This document shows positions 21,257 to 30,365 of a DNA stretch of 64,000 nucleotides, piece after piece (within the stretch, counting starts at the first letter, position 1; each line of letters opens with the position of its first letter). Position numbers and translations under genes: made by a program. The notes under the pieces were generated by a model, which saw only the letters and a list, made by a program, of their open reading frames with translations, did not search any database and had not been told where the DNA came from. Location: positions 1,568,001-1,632,000 of the forward strand of contig OY970208.1 of the NCBI GenBank assembly GCA_963713865.1, in the 5' to 3' direction. The stretch comes from an uncultured candidate division Zixibacteria bacterium. Its GTDB lineage: Bacteria > Zixibacteria > MSB-5A5 > RBG-16-43-9.

Positions 21257-21688
21257 ATGGAATTGATAAAAAGATATTCTAACTGCTTTGTGTGCGGGGA
21301 TAGAAATGAATCCGGTCTGAAAGTTGATTTTTTCTATGACCAGGGCATATCTAAAGCGGAGTTTATAGCAGATGGAAGATTCCAGGGGTATAAAAATATC
21401 CTGCATGGTGGAATTATCTCTTCACTTTTGGATGAGGTAATGATTAAAGCTGTTATTGCAGGAGACCTTTTAGTGGTTACCGCAGAGATCGAAGTGAAAT
21501 TCCTGAAACCAGTAAAGATTGGCGAGAAACTTTTTCTGGAGGGAAAAGTCGTTAAGGAGAAAGGGAGGATATTTGAAACTGAGGGTATGGTCAGGAATTT
21601 ATCAGGTGAAACAGTAGCTACTGGAAAGGGAAAGTTTTTCAAAGCCACTGAGGAAATGCAGAAGATATTGGAAGAAAGTGTAGAATAG
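21257..21688 (+). CDS. PaaI family (hotdog fold) thioesterase
   Basis: CFVCG..N..GL, FQGYKNILHGGIISSLLDE, FLKPV. Confidence 0.9.
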   Translation: MELIKRYSNCFVCGDRNESGLKVDFFYDQGISKAEFIADGRFQGYKNILHGGIISSLLDEVMIKAVIAGDLLVVTAEIEVKFLKPVKIGEKLFLEGKVVKEKGRIFETEGMVRNLSGETVATGKGKFFKATEEMQKILEESVE

Positions 21689-21793
21689 AGTTTTTGGATA
21701 TAATATTTATATGACGATTACCCCTTAATCTCAAGAGGAGGAGTAAGCGGGGCGAGTTTAATGTGAATTTACAGGTTTATGAATAGAAAGTTG

Positions 21794-21818
21794 AGCAAGG
21801 CTTTAGCCCTGCTTTTTT
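21794..21818 (+). terminator. Intrinsic terminator
   Basis: AGCAAGGC-TTTA-GCCCTGCT-TTTTT. Confidence 0.55.
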
Positions 21819-21901
21819 ATTTAGCATCTTGACTTTATCTTTTTTTTGTTTAAATTATAGATCAATGAAACTTTCTTTCTCAACTTTAAAGGAAAAGACT
21901 T

Positions 21902-24841
21902 ATGTTCTGGAGAAAAATCTGGTTTAGTAGTTTAGGGATGTTACTAACTTTATTTTTTATTAATATCACCAGTGCTTCAAATCCTGTGCTGATTAAAATC
22001 AAACTTAAAATGGAAAAAGATTATCAGAAAGCAAATGAATCAGGGATTAAAGCCTATGTGAAGCTGGATGATGGTTATATAGCTGAAGTCGAAAAAGATA
22101 AAATCGAAAAGCTGGAAAGTTACAACTTATCTTTTCAAATCTTAGATGAGGTTCCCTGGACTCAGGATTATTTTCTAATCTCAAAAGCATTTTTTAGAAC
22201 GAAGGCAAATCTTTCAAGTTATGGTCAGGTTCTGCTTGATGAGGATAATCTTACTTTATTAAAAACTAATCAGAGTAAAGCTATGGAACTGTTCAAAGCT
22301 GGTTACCGTTTGAATAAGATTTCACCTCAAACCATTCCTTTGAAATACACACCACCTCCTTCGCCCACTATACCTGCTCTATCTTATTCACAAGACAGAG
22401 ATAGCATTGTTTCTTTAATCTCGGCAGACTCATTGAATTCTTATCTTTTAAAATTGCAGTCTTATTTAACCCGATTTGTTTATTCCGACTCGGTTAAAAA
22501 AGCGCGCCACTGGCTTTTTGATAAGTTTAAAGAATTCGGGATCGATAATGTTTATTTCTACCCTTTCACTGCTTATGATCATTATGTAACAGGATCATTG
22601 TTGCAGGATTCGAATGTAGTTGCAGTTATTCCAGGAACAGTCAATCCGGATAAAGTCATAGTGGTAGGTGGACACTACGATTCTGTGAACTGGAATGATT
22701 CTCCTTATGATTTCAATGCACCGGCACCCGGAGTAGATGATAACGGTAGCGGTACTGCAGCAACAATGGAAATGGCAAGAATTATAGCTGAACACCCTCT
22801 TCCCAAAACAGTTATTTTTATGCCTTTTGCAGCTGAAGAGCTCGGTCTTTTAGGAAGCTGGGCTTATGCCTGGGATGCATATTACAGCGGGATGGATATT
22901 CAGTTGATGATTAATTTCGACATGATCGCACACGAAGACAATACTACTGATATGGATATTCATACCGACACCCCTTCCCATCCCTATGCTCAACTTCTGA
23001 GCCAGATGGCAGGTTTATACACCAGTTTAACTCCTCATATATTAGGGAATTCATCCGGTAGTGATAGCTGGTCCTTTTCTCAGGCAGGTTATAACATCGT
23101 ATATAGTTTTGAAACTATTTTCAGCACCCATTATCACAGTTCTTCAGATTCAGTTGTTTATCTGAACATTCCCTATATGAGCCAGATAGTTAAGATGAAC
23201 ATAGCCACCTTAGTGGAGGTAGCAGAGTCACCGGGACCGGTAAAGGATTTGCAGGCGATGGATGCCGGAGATGGAGAGGAGCTTTATCTGAACTGGTCTC
23301 CTTTGGATGAAAATGATTTAACTGGATACAGGATATATTATGGCACCCAGAGCGGGGAATATACCGATACACATTTTGTATCTTCGGGGCTTTTCTCGGA
23401 TACAATGCGTAGTCTTCAAAATGAGGTGCCTTATTATATAGCAGTTTCCGCAGTAAACGCCTTAGGCAAGGAGAGTATATATAAAAGTGAGATCGTTGGG
23501 ATACCCCGGGTAGTTCCACTTTCGCCTTCAGGACTTACCGCCGAGCCTGGCTATTTTAAGATAACTTTATCCTGGCAGGCCAATAAAGAGGCGGATTTAT
23601 CACATTATAATATATATCGTAGCACCACATCTGGCACAGGTTACGACAGCATAGCCACGGGGATAACCGGTCTTACTTATCAGGATACTACCGTTGAGGG
23701 AGGTATCTGGTATTATTATCTCTTAACTGCTGTGGATACATCCGGAAATCAAAGCAGTTATTCCAATGAGGTAAGAATGATCGCCATAACCCTGGATCAG
23801 GGTATTTTGGTAGTAGATGAGGCGGCAAACAGTCGTGGTATACCGCCCTGGCCCAGCAGTGATGCTCAGCAGGATAGTTTTTATGCTGAGGTATTTTCCG
23901 GGTATCGGGTGAGTTTTTATGAATATACCAATGTTTCCTCTCAGCCTTCGATCACCGATGTAGGTTCTTATTCTACAGTAGTTTGGCTGGATGATGATTA
24001 TCTTAAGTCCAATTTTGTGGATAACAAGGATTATGAGCTGATAGAGGAGTATTTAGGGTATGGAGGGAAGTTTATTTTTTATAGCTGGACAGGTTTAAAG
24101 AGCTTTGATGGTTTACCTCGGTTTTTTTATCCTGGCAGTTTGGTGTATGATTATCTGCATATCAGCTGGGCGAATGAGAATATCCTGGGTGATTTTGCCG
24201 GAGCTTTTTCTTATGACACTTTCTCTTATCCTGATCTGGAGGTGGATACAGTTAGGTCTAAGAATGTGAATAATTGGGGAGGTCGGTTAGGGTATGCGAA
24301 TATATTTAATTTAAGGTCGGGGGCAGATTTGCTATATTATTTTGATTCCTATACAGATGACACCGTGTATGAGGGTAAGGTTTGTGGGTTGAAGTATATG
24401 GGCACAGATTATAAGTTAGCTTTTTTTGGTTTTCCCTTATATTATCTGGAAGAGGAAGGAGCAAAGGGGATGGTAGCATCTTTGATGCGCGATTTTGACG
24501 AGCCTTTGGCAGTAAAGGATAGTCCAGCCGAAAATATACCAGAAAGATTTACTCTGAGTCAGAACTATCCCAATCCGTTTAACCCATCCACCACCATACC
24601 CTACCTAGTCAATGGTTCGCAGTTCATGGTTCATAGTCCCGTCCGCACCACCCTCAAAATATATAATATCCTCGGGCAGTTGGTGAGGACACTGGTAGAT
24701 GAAGCTAAATTGCCCGGCAGATACAATATCGTCTGGGATGGAAAAGATAGCTACGGTAAGGAGGTAGGAAGCGGGATATATTTCTATCAGTTGAGAACCA
24801 AGAAGAACAATACTTCCAGAAAAATGGTTTTATTAAGATAA
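21902..24841 (+). CDS. Secreted M28 family Zn peptidase with two FN3 domains and C-terminal FlgD/T9SS-type sorting domain
   Basis: Signal peptide, GGHYDS, GVDDNGSG, AEELGLLGS, NFDM, HYHSSSD; FN3 repeats; SQNYPNPFNPST..WDGKD..SGIYFY..RKMVLLR. Confidence 0.92.
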   Translation: MFWRKIWFSSLGMLLTLFFINITSASNPVLIKIKLKMEKDYQKANESGIKAYVKLDDGYIAEVEKDKIEKLESYNLSFQILDEVPWTQDYFLISKAFFRTKANLSSYGQVLLDEDNLTLLKTNQSKAMELFKAGYRLNKISPQTIPLKYTPPPSPTIPALSYSQDRDSIVSLISADSLNSYLLKLQSYLTRFVYSDSVKKARHWLFDKFKEFGIDNVYFYPFTAYDHYVTGSLLQDSNVVAVIPGTVNPDKVIVVGGHYDSVNWNDSPYDFNAPAPGVDDNGSGTAATMEMARIIAEHPLPKTVIFMPFAAEELGLLGSWAYAWDAYYSGMDIQLMINFDMIAHEDNTTDMDIHTDTPSHPYAQLLSQMAGLYTSLTPHILGNSSGSDSWSFSQAGYNIVYSFETIFSTHYHSSSDSVVYLNIPYMSQIVKMNIATLVEVAESPGPVKDLQAMDAGDGEELYLNWSPLDENDLTGYRIYYGTQSGEYTDTHFVSSGLFSDTMRSLQNEVPYYIAVSAVNALGKESIYKSEIVGIPRVVPLSPSGLTAEPGYFKITLSWQANKEADLSHYNIYRSTTSGTGYDSIATGITGLTYQDTTVEGGIWYYYLLTAVDTSGNQSSYSNEVRMIAITLDQGILVVDEAANSRGIPPWPSSDAQQDSFYAEVFSGYRVSFYEYTNVSSQPSITDVGSYSTVVWLDDDYLKSNFVDNKDYELIEEYLGYGGKFIFYSWTGLKSFDGLPRFFYPGSLVYDYLHISWANENILGDFAGAFSYDTFSYPDLEVDTVRSKNVNNWGGRLGYANIFNLRSGADLLYYFDSYTDDTVYEGKVCGLKYMGTDYKLAFFGFPLYYLEEEGAKGMVASLMRDFDEPLAVKDSPAENIPERFTLSQNYPNPFNPSTTIPYLVNGSQFMVHSPVRTTLKIYNILGQLVRTLVDEAKLPGRYNIVWDGKDSYGKEVGSGIYFYQLRTKKNNTSRKMVLLR

Positions 24842-25210
24842 TTCCTTGCAGGACAGAATCCGCTCAAAGCGGTTATAAAAGTTGTAGTAGCCAAAAAGAG
24901 ATTGATTTTAAAGTAATTATGAGTTAAGATTTAATGAGTATTTTCTCGAAGCTTGAGATATTGCGAGAGCGACAATGATTAAACCATTAAGAGAAACTTT
25001 ACACAGGATATACCTAAAGGGGATGACCTAAATTTTAACCTCACCTTAATCTTCTCCTTAGAGGGGGAGGGATGTAACCTTATATCCAACAAATCAAAAG
25101 AATAGAGTCAGGATATACCCTGATCACTATTTAAGGTTAAGATTATTGCGATGCATATTTAAAAAAGTCTTAATCAAAGTTTATTGTGAGTTTATTGAAA
25201 GGATAATTAA

Positions 25211-26605
25211 ATGATTAATAAAAAGATACCTCATATTGGCACTAAACTTCCCGGATCGAAAAGCAAAAAGCTCATTATCAAGGATGAAAGTTTTGTTTCT
25301 CAGTCCTACACCCGGGCTTATCCAACGGTTATCGACCACGCTAAAGGTGCTTACATTTATGACGTGGATGGTAATGCTTTTATAGATTTTCACGCTGGCA
25401 TAGGAGTTTGCTGCACTGGCAACTGCCATCCGGAAGTGGTGGCCGCAATAAAGAAGCAGGCTGAAAAAGCAATCCATATTGCCAGCGCCGATTTCTATCA
25501 TCCTTTGGTTGGAAACTTAGCAGAGAAATTAGCTAAGATTACGCCAGGTAGTAAAGAGAAAAGAGTTTTCTTTACCAATTCAGGAACAGAAGCGGTTGAA
25601 GCTGCTTTAAAATTAGCTCGCTATAATAAGAAAAAACCCAGGATGATTGCTTTTATCGGAGCATTTCACGGCAGGACTATGGGTGCCTTATCTTTAACCT
25701 GCAGTAAAATTAACCAGAGAAGGTATTTTGCACCGATGCTGCCCGAGGTTACTCATGTGCCCTACGCATACTGCTACCGCTGTCCTTTTAATCTGGAATA
25801 TGGTAAATGCGATATGGCTTGTGTTAAATTCATCGACGAAGTTGTTTTGCAGAAAGTTGCTCCGGCCGAAGATGTTGCCGCCATATTCGTTGAGCCGATT
25901 CAGGGAGAGGGCGGATATATAGTCCCTCCTAAGGAATTTCATCCGATGCTTAAAAAGATTGCGGAGAAATATGATATGTACTACGTAGCGGATGAGGTTC
26001 AGTCCGGCATGGGAAGAACGGGTAAAATGTTCGCCATTGAACATTGGGGTGTGGTGCCGGATATTGTCACAGTATCCAAGGCTTTAGCCTCAGGGCTTCC
26101 TTTGGGAGCCTGTATCGCTCCCAAAAAGTTGATGTCCTGGGTCCCCGGTGCTCATTCCACTACCTTTGGAGGTAACCCGATTGCCTGTGCCGCTTCGCTC
26201 AAAACGATCGAGCTTTTAGAAAATGGATTGATGAAAAATGCAGAGAAGATGGGTAAATTCATAATGTCCAGATTACAGAAGATGTGGGAGAAATATGACA
26301 TCATCGGGGATGTCAGGGGTAAAGGGTTAATGATCGGGATAGAGTTTGTTAAAGATAAGAAGAGCAAAAAGCCGGCTGGAGATTATGCGAATGAGGTAGA
26401 GCAGGAATGTTTCAGAAACGGGCTTATGATCTTGACCTGTGGACCTAATTCTGTCAGGCTTATACCTCCTTTGATAATCGACGAGGAGATTGCCGATAAG
26501 GGTTTGAAGATTTTCGAGAAGGTGGTGAAAAATGTTTCTGGAAAAAAGAAAATAATTGCCGGGGTGAAGAAACAATTGAGCGTAGAGAAAACCTATCTTC
26601 TGTAG
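25211..26605 (+). CDS. Class III PLP aminotransferase (4-aminobutyrate/acetylornithine family)
   Basis: [48 protein letters not shown]. Confidence 0.92.
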   Translation: MINKKIPHIGTKLPGSKSKKLIIKDESFVSQSYTRAYPTVIDHAKGAYIYDVDGNAFIDFHAGIGVCCTGNCHPEVVAAIKKQAEKAIHIASADFYHPLVGNLAEKLAKITPGSKEKRVFFTNSGTEAVEAALKLARYNKKKPRMIAFIGAFHGRTMGALSLTCSKINQRRYFAPMLPEVTHVPYAYCYRCPFNLEYGKCDMACVKFIDEVVLQKVAPAEDVAAIFVEPIQGEGGYIVPPKEFHPMLKKIAEKYDMYYVADEVQSGMGRTGKMFAIEHWGVVPDIVTVSKALASGLPLGACIAPKKLMSWVPGAHSTTFGGNPIACAASLKTIELLENGLMKNAEKMGKFIMSRLQKMWEKYDIIGDVRGKGLMIGIEFVKDKKSKKPAGDYANEVEQECFRNGLMILTCGPNSVRLIPPLIIDEEIADKGLKIFEKVVKNVSGKKKIIAGVKKQLSVEKTYLL

Positions 26606-26647
26606 GTGGAACGTATAAGGGCGGAGATTATCTCCGCCCGGTGATTT

Positions 26648-26733
26648 TGTCATTCTGAGCCCCTACGGGGCGAAGAATCTCATTTTTTTGAGTTATAGAG
26701 GCTTAGTCCACCTGTGGCGGACTCAACATGACA
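26648..26733. repeat. TGTCATTCTGAG-family composite palindrome
   Basis: tgtcattctgagcccctacggggcgaagaatct...ctcaacatgaca; copies at 28106 and 49983, related half copy at 29289. Confidence 0.8.
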
Positions 26734-26773
26734 GTGGATTAAGGCGGAAATTATTTAATAGCCGGAGGGTTAG

Positions 26774-27958
26774 ATGAGACTGTATGAATTTGAAGCTAAA
26801 AAGCTTTTCTCCAAGGCTGGGATACCGATCCCTTCAGGAGAAATAGTAAAATCACCGGAAGAGGCTAAACTTTTTGCCGAAAAACTTGGCAGGCCAGTGG
26901 TGCTTAAATCTCAGATTCTATCGGGTGGTAGAGGTAAAGCTGGAGGGATAAAGTTTGCTCAAAATCCTCTTGAAGCAAAAGAAAAAGCTTCTGAACTGTT
27001 TTCTCTGAAAATCAAAGGTTTTCCGGTGGAGATGGTTTTAGTTGAGGAAAAAATCGATCTGGAGAAAGAGCTTTATTTAGGGGTAACAATTGACAGGCTG
27101 AACTACAAATTGGTCATCATCGCCTGCACTGAAGGTGGAATGGATATTGAGGAGGTGGCTAAGAGATTCCCGGATAAAGTTAAGAGGCTAAACTTAGATA
27201 TAGATGAGAGGCTTTATAATTTCCAGGCTCAAACTTTAGCCAAATGGTTAGGTGTAAAAGGAGACCAGATCAGGAATGTAGGGAATATAATATCTTATCT
27301 GTTTAAAGTATTTAAGAGCTATGATGCAAAACTGGTGGAGATAAATCCTCTGGTTTTAACTAAGGAAGGGAAATATATTGCATGTGATGCCCGGATGAGC
27401 GTGGATGATGATGCGCTGTTCCGCCATAAAGAACTTTCCGAGATGGGGATTGAGAAAAGGCACGAGGAGGGGGAGATGACTGAAAGGGAGAAAAAGGCAA
27501 GGGAATGGGAGATACCATATCTGGATTTGGAGGGTAATATAGGGATGTTTCCAGGAGGTGCAGGTTTCGGGATTATGGGAAATGACTTTATTCATCATTT
27601 TGGCGGAGTGCCTGCAAATTTTATGGATTCAGGCGGTGGTCCGACTCCGGAAAGATTAGCCAAAATGTTGATTCTTTTAGATGAAAATCCCCAGGTGAAA
27701 GCTATCTTCGGGGCAAGGTTTGGCGGGATTTCCCGTTGCGATGATTTTGCCAAAGGCGTGGTTATGTTTTTAAAAGAGCACGGGCTTTCCAAGCCGATGG
27801 TTCTGCGGATGACCGGGAATATGTGGGAGGAAGGGGTAAGGATCTTCGGGCAGGCAAAAAAGGAGCATCCTGAGATATTCAAGAATATAGAGATTCACGG
27901 GATAGAAACCCCGATCGAGGAGATTGCCAAAAGAGCGGTGGAGTTAGCGAGGAAATAA
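26774..27958 (+). CDS. sucC: ADP-forming succinyl-CoA-ligase-like beta subunit (divergent)
   Basis: MRLYEFEAK, GGRGKAGG, EINPL, DAR, PANFMDSGGG, FGGISRCD. Confidence 0.8.
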   Translation: MRLYEFEAKKLFSKAGIPIPSGEIVKSPEEAKLFAEKLGRPVVLKSQILSGGRGKAGGIKFAQNPLEAKEKASELFSLKIKGFPVEMVLVEEKIDLEKELYLGVTIDRLNYKLVIIACTEGGMDIEEVAKRFPDKVKRLNLDIDERLYNFQAQTLAKWLGVKGDQIRNVGNIISYLFKVFKSYDAKLVEINPLVLTKEGKYIACDARMSVDDDALFRHKELSEMGIEKRHEEGEMTEREKKAREWEIPYLDLEGNIGMFPGGAGFGIMGNDFIHHFGGVPANFMDSGGGPTPERLAKMLILLDENPQVKAIFGARFGGISRCDDFAKGVVMFLKEHGLSKPMVLRMTGNMWEEGVRIFGQAKKEHPEIFKNIEIHGIETPIEEIAKRAVELARK

Positions 27959-28105
27959 AGTAAGACGCAAGATGTGAGACGTGGCGTCGGGCTTTACGCC
28001 CGACGTGGTATTTCGTAGTGCGGCCATTTTCCTTATAACGGAGGCCACGTCTGGCGTAACCACAGTAATCCAGGGTCGCTTGAGCGAGGTTAAAGTTTGT
28101 CTTTT

Positions 28106-28189
28106 CTGTCATTCTGAGGGAGTCCCCGTAGGGAACGACCGAAGAATCTGTTTTAGGTTTTAGATGCTTCGCTATGCTCAGCATGACAG
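28106..28189. repeat. TGTCATTCTGAG-family composite palindrome
   Basis: ctgtcattctgag...gaagaatct...agatgcttcgctatgctcagcatgacag. Confidence 0.8.
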
Positions 28190-28206
28190 TTGGAGTAAAA
28201 GGTAAG

Positions 28207-29199
28207 ATGAACAAAAAGCTAAAGATAGTTGTGGCTTTAACTGAGAAAGAAAAGGATTTTGAGGATTTTTCCGGGGTAATATCTTTCTCTCCTCAATTAA
28301 GAAATCGAGTTGAGCTAATTCGCTCAAAGAATAAAGAACATCTTAAAGAGTTGATTCCCGAAGCTGATATTCTGATTTGTTTTTCAATCTCTCCTGAGAA
28401 TTTTCAAAGAGCAAAAAATCTCAAATGGATTCACCTGGCAGTAGCTGGAGTTGATAAATCGGTCTTTCCTGAACTTCTGCAAAGCAAAGTTATAATCTCT
28501 GCCTCTAAAGGGATTCACAGCCATACTATCGCTGAGCATATCATGGGAATGATTCTATGTTTTGCGACTGGAATCCATTTATGCACCCTTCGTCAAATCC
28601 AGAAGATATGGACTTTTGATGAAGTGATGAATAAAAGATTTGAGCTGAGAGGAAAAACCTTGGGAATAGTTGGTTTGGGAAGTATCGGAAGAGAATTAGC
28701 GAAAAGAGGGAAATGTTACGGGATGGGGATAATCGGAATGAAAAACAGGTTAAAAAATAGGGGAAAAATTAGATACGTAGATAAAATATTTCCGAAAGAA
28801 AAATTGCCCGAACTTCTAAAACTTTCCGATTTTGTGGCTTTGACTTTACCTCTGACTGAGGAAACTTTTCACCTGATTGGAGAAAAAGAATTGGCATTGA
28901 TGAAAAGCTCAGCTTATCTTATTAATACCTCCAGAGGGAAGATAGTAGATGAGAACGCTTTAATTGAAGCGCTGGAGAATAAAAAGATTGCTGGTGCAGG
29001 TTTGGATGTTTTTGAGGAGGAGCCTTTAAGCCCGAACAGTAAATTATATGATTTTGAAAATGTGATAATCACTCCCCATATTGCCGGCTCGATGGAAGAT
29101 TACTTTAAGAAAGTGTCACAAATTTTTAAAGAGAACCTGAAAAGATTCTTGAGCGGAAGAAAAATGATTAATCTGGTGGATAAGAAATTAGGATATTAA
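28207..29199 (+). CDS. D-isomer-specific 2-hydroxyacid dehydrogenase
   Basis: GIVGLGSIG, LPLTEET, INTSRG, LDVFEEEP, TPHIAG; start placed downstream of the repeat. Confidence 0.92.
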   Translation: MNKKLKIVVALTEKEKDFEDFSGVISFSPQLRNRVELIRSKNKEHLKELIPEADILICFSISPENFQRAKNLKWIHLAVAGVDKSVFPELLQSKVIISASKGIHSHTIAEHIMGMILCFATGIHLCTLRQIQKIWTFDEVMNKRFELRGKTLGIVGLGSIGRELAKRGKCYGMGIIGMKNRLKNRGKIRYVDKIFPKEKLPELLKLSDFVALTLPLTEETFHLIGEKELALMKSSAYLINTSRGKIVDENALIEALENKKIAGAGLDVFEEEPLSPNSKLYDFENVIITPHIAGSMEDYFKKVSQIFKENLKRFLSGRKMINLVDKKLGY

Positions 29200-29351
29200 T
29201 ATACTATAAATAATGATGGATGACGAATGACGGATAAAAAGATAGATGTGCGTCGGGTTTTATGCCTGACGATTTTCCTTATAATAATGAGATCGCTTCG
29301 TCGTTTAACCTCCTCGCAATGACAACAGAGGCAGGTTCCGAAAGGTGAACT

Positions 29352-30218
29352 ATGGCAATATTAGTGGATAAAAACAGCAAGGTGATCGTGCAGGGGATTA
29401 CGGGTGGGGCAGGGAGGTTTCATACTGAAAGGATGCTGCAGTACGGAACTAAGATTGTAGCAGGGACTTCTCCGGGAAAAGGTGGAGAAAAGGTGTTTGG
29501 TCTTCCGGTTTATGATACTGTAGAAGAATGTGTGAAAAGTCATAATGCTGATACATCGGTTATCTTTTTGCCAGCCCAGTTTGTGCTTGAAGCCTGTGTT
29601 GAGGCGATCTACGCTGGAATTAAATTTATCGTGGTTATTCCTGAGCATATCCCTATATTCGATATGATGCAGATAAGAAAAGAGGCTTTGAAACATAATG
29701 CTTTGGTGATTGGCGGGAATACAGCAGGGATAATTACTCCAGGCGAAGCCAATTTAGGGATAATGCCGGATATCGCTTTTTCTCCAGGAAGAGTTGGAAC
29801 TGTTTCCCGTTCTGGCTCTCTGACCTATTATGTGGCTGATACCTTAACCCGTACCGGCTATGGAGAGACGACCTGCGTGGGTTTGGGGGGTGACCCGGTT
29901 TTAGGGACTACTTTTGATGAGATTCTACTCCTTTTTGAAAAAGATGTGAATACTAAAGCGATAGTTTTAGTTGGTGAGATTGGTGGAGTATATGAGGAGA
30001 AAGCAAAAGAGACTATAAGCAAGATGAAAAAACCGGTTATTGTTATGGTGGGAGGTCTTTTTGCACCTCCGGGAAAAAGGATGGGACATGCTGGAGCAAT
30101 AGTTGAAGGTGAGATGGGTACAGCTCAGAGTAAGCTTAAAGCCTTGGAAGAAGGCGGAGCACATATTGCCAAAACTTTCTTAGATATTCCGGAGATTTTG
30201 AAAAAATTGGGGATTTAA
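29352..30218 (+). CDS. sucD: Succinyl-CoA-ligase-like alpha subunit
   Basis: VQGITG, SRSGSLTY, GLGGDP, GEIGG, MGHAGA (phospho-His). Confidence 0.88.
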   Translation: MAILVDKNSKVIVQGITGGAGRFHTERMLQYGTKIVAGTSPGKGGEKVFGLPVYDTVEECVKSHNADTSVIFLPAQFVLEACVEAIYAGIKFIVVIPEHIPIFDMMQIRKEALKHNALVIGGNTAGIITPGEANLGIMPDIAFSPGRVGTVSRSGSLTYYVADTLTRTGYGETTCVGLGGDPVLGTTFDEILLLFEKDVNTKAIVLVGEIGGVYEEKAKETISKMKKPVIVMVGGLFAPPGKRMGHAGAIVEGEMGTAQSKLKALEEGGAHIAKTFLDIPEILKKLGI

Positions 30219-30226
30219 TTTTTTTC

Positions 30227-30323
30227 GTAGTGCGACCCTTTCAGGGTCGAAAAAAAATGTAGCGGAGGTCTTCAGACCTCCATTGATAAGAATAATGATG
30301 CAAGGCTGAAGCCTTGCCCTACG
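30227..30323. repeat. GTAG-type REP cluster (GTAGTGCG and GTAGCGGAGGTC families)
   Basis: cgtagtgcgaccctttcagggtcg; tgtagcggaggtcttcagacctcc..gcaaggctgaagccttgccctac. Confidence 0.75.
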
Positions 30324-30365
30324 AACTACGAACGTAACTTGGCAAATTTTAGAAAGAAATAAAAT

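Noticed and set aside
24842-25210. tRNA or ncRNA in the larger intergenic gaps
   Set aside because: No T-loop or cloverleaf and no recognisable riboswitch by eye; only degenerate hairpins. An Infernal/Rfam scan would be needed to exclude it fully.
27879-28214. Short ORFs across 27.9-28.2 kb and 33.4-33.7 kb
   Set aside because: They are translations of REP palindromes, with no RBS or recognisable domain
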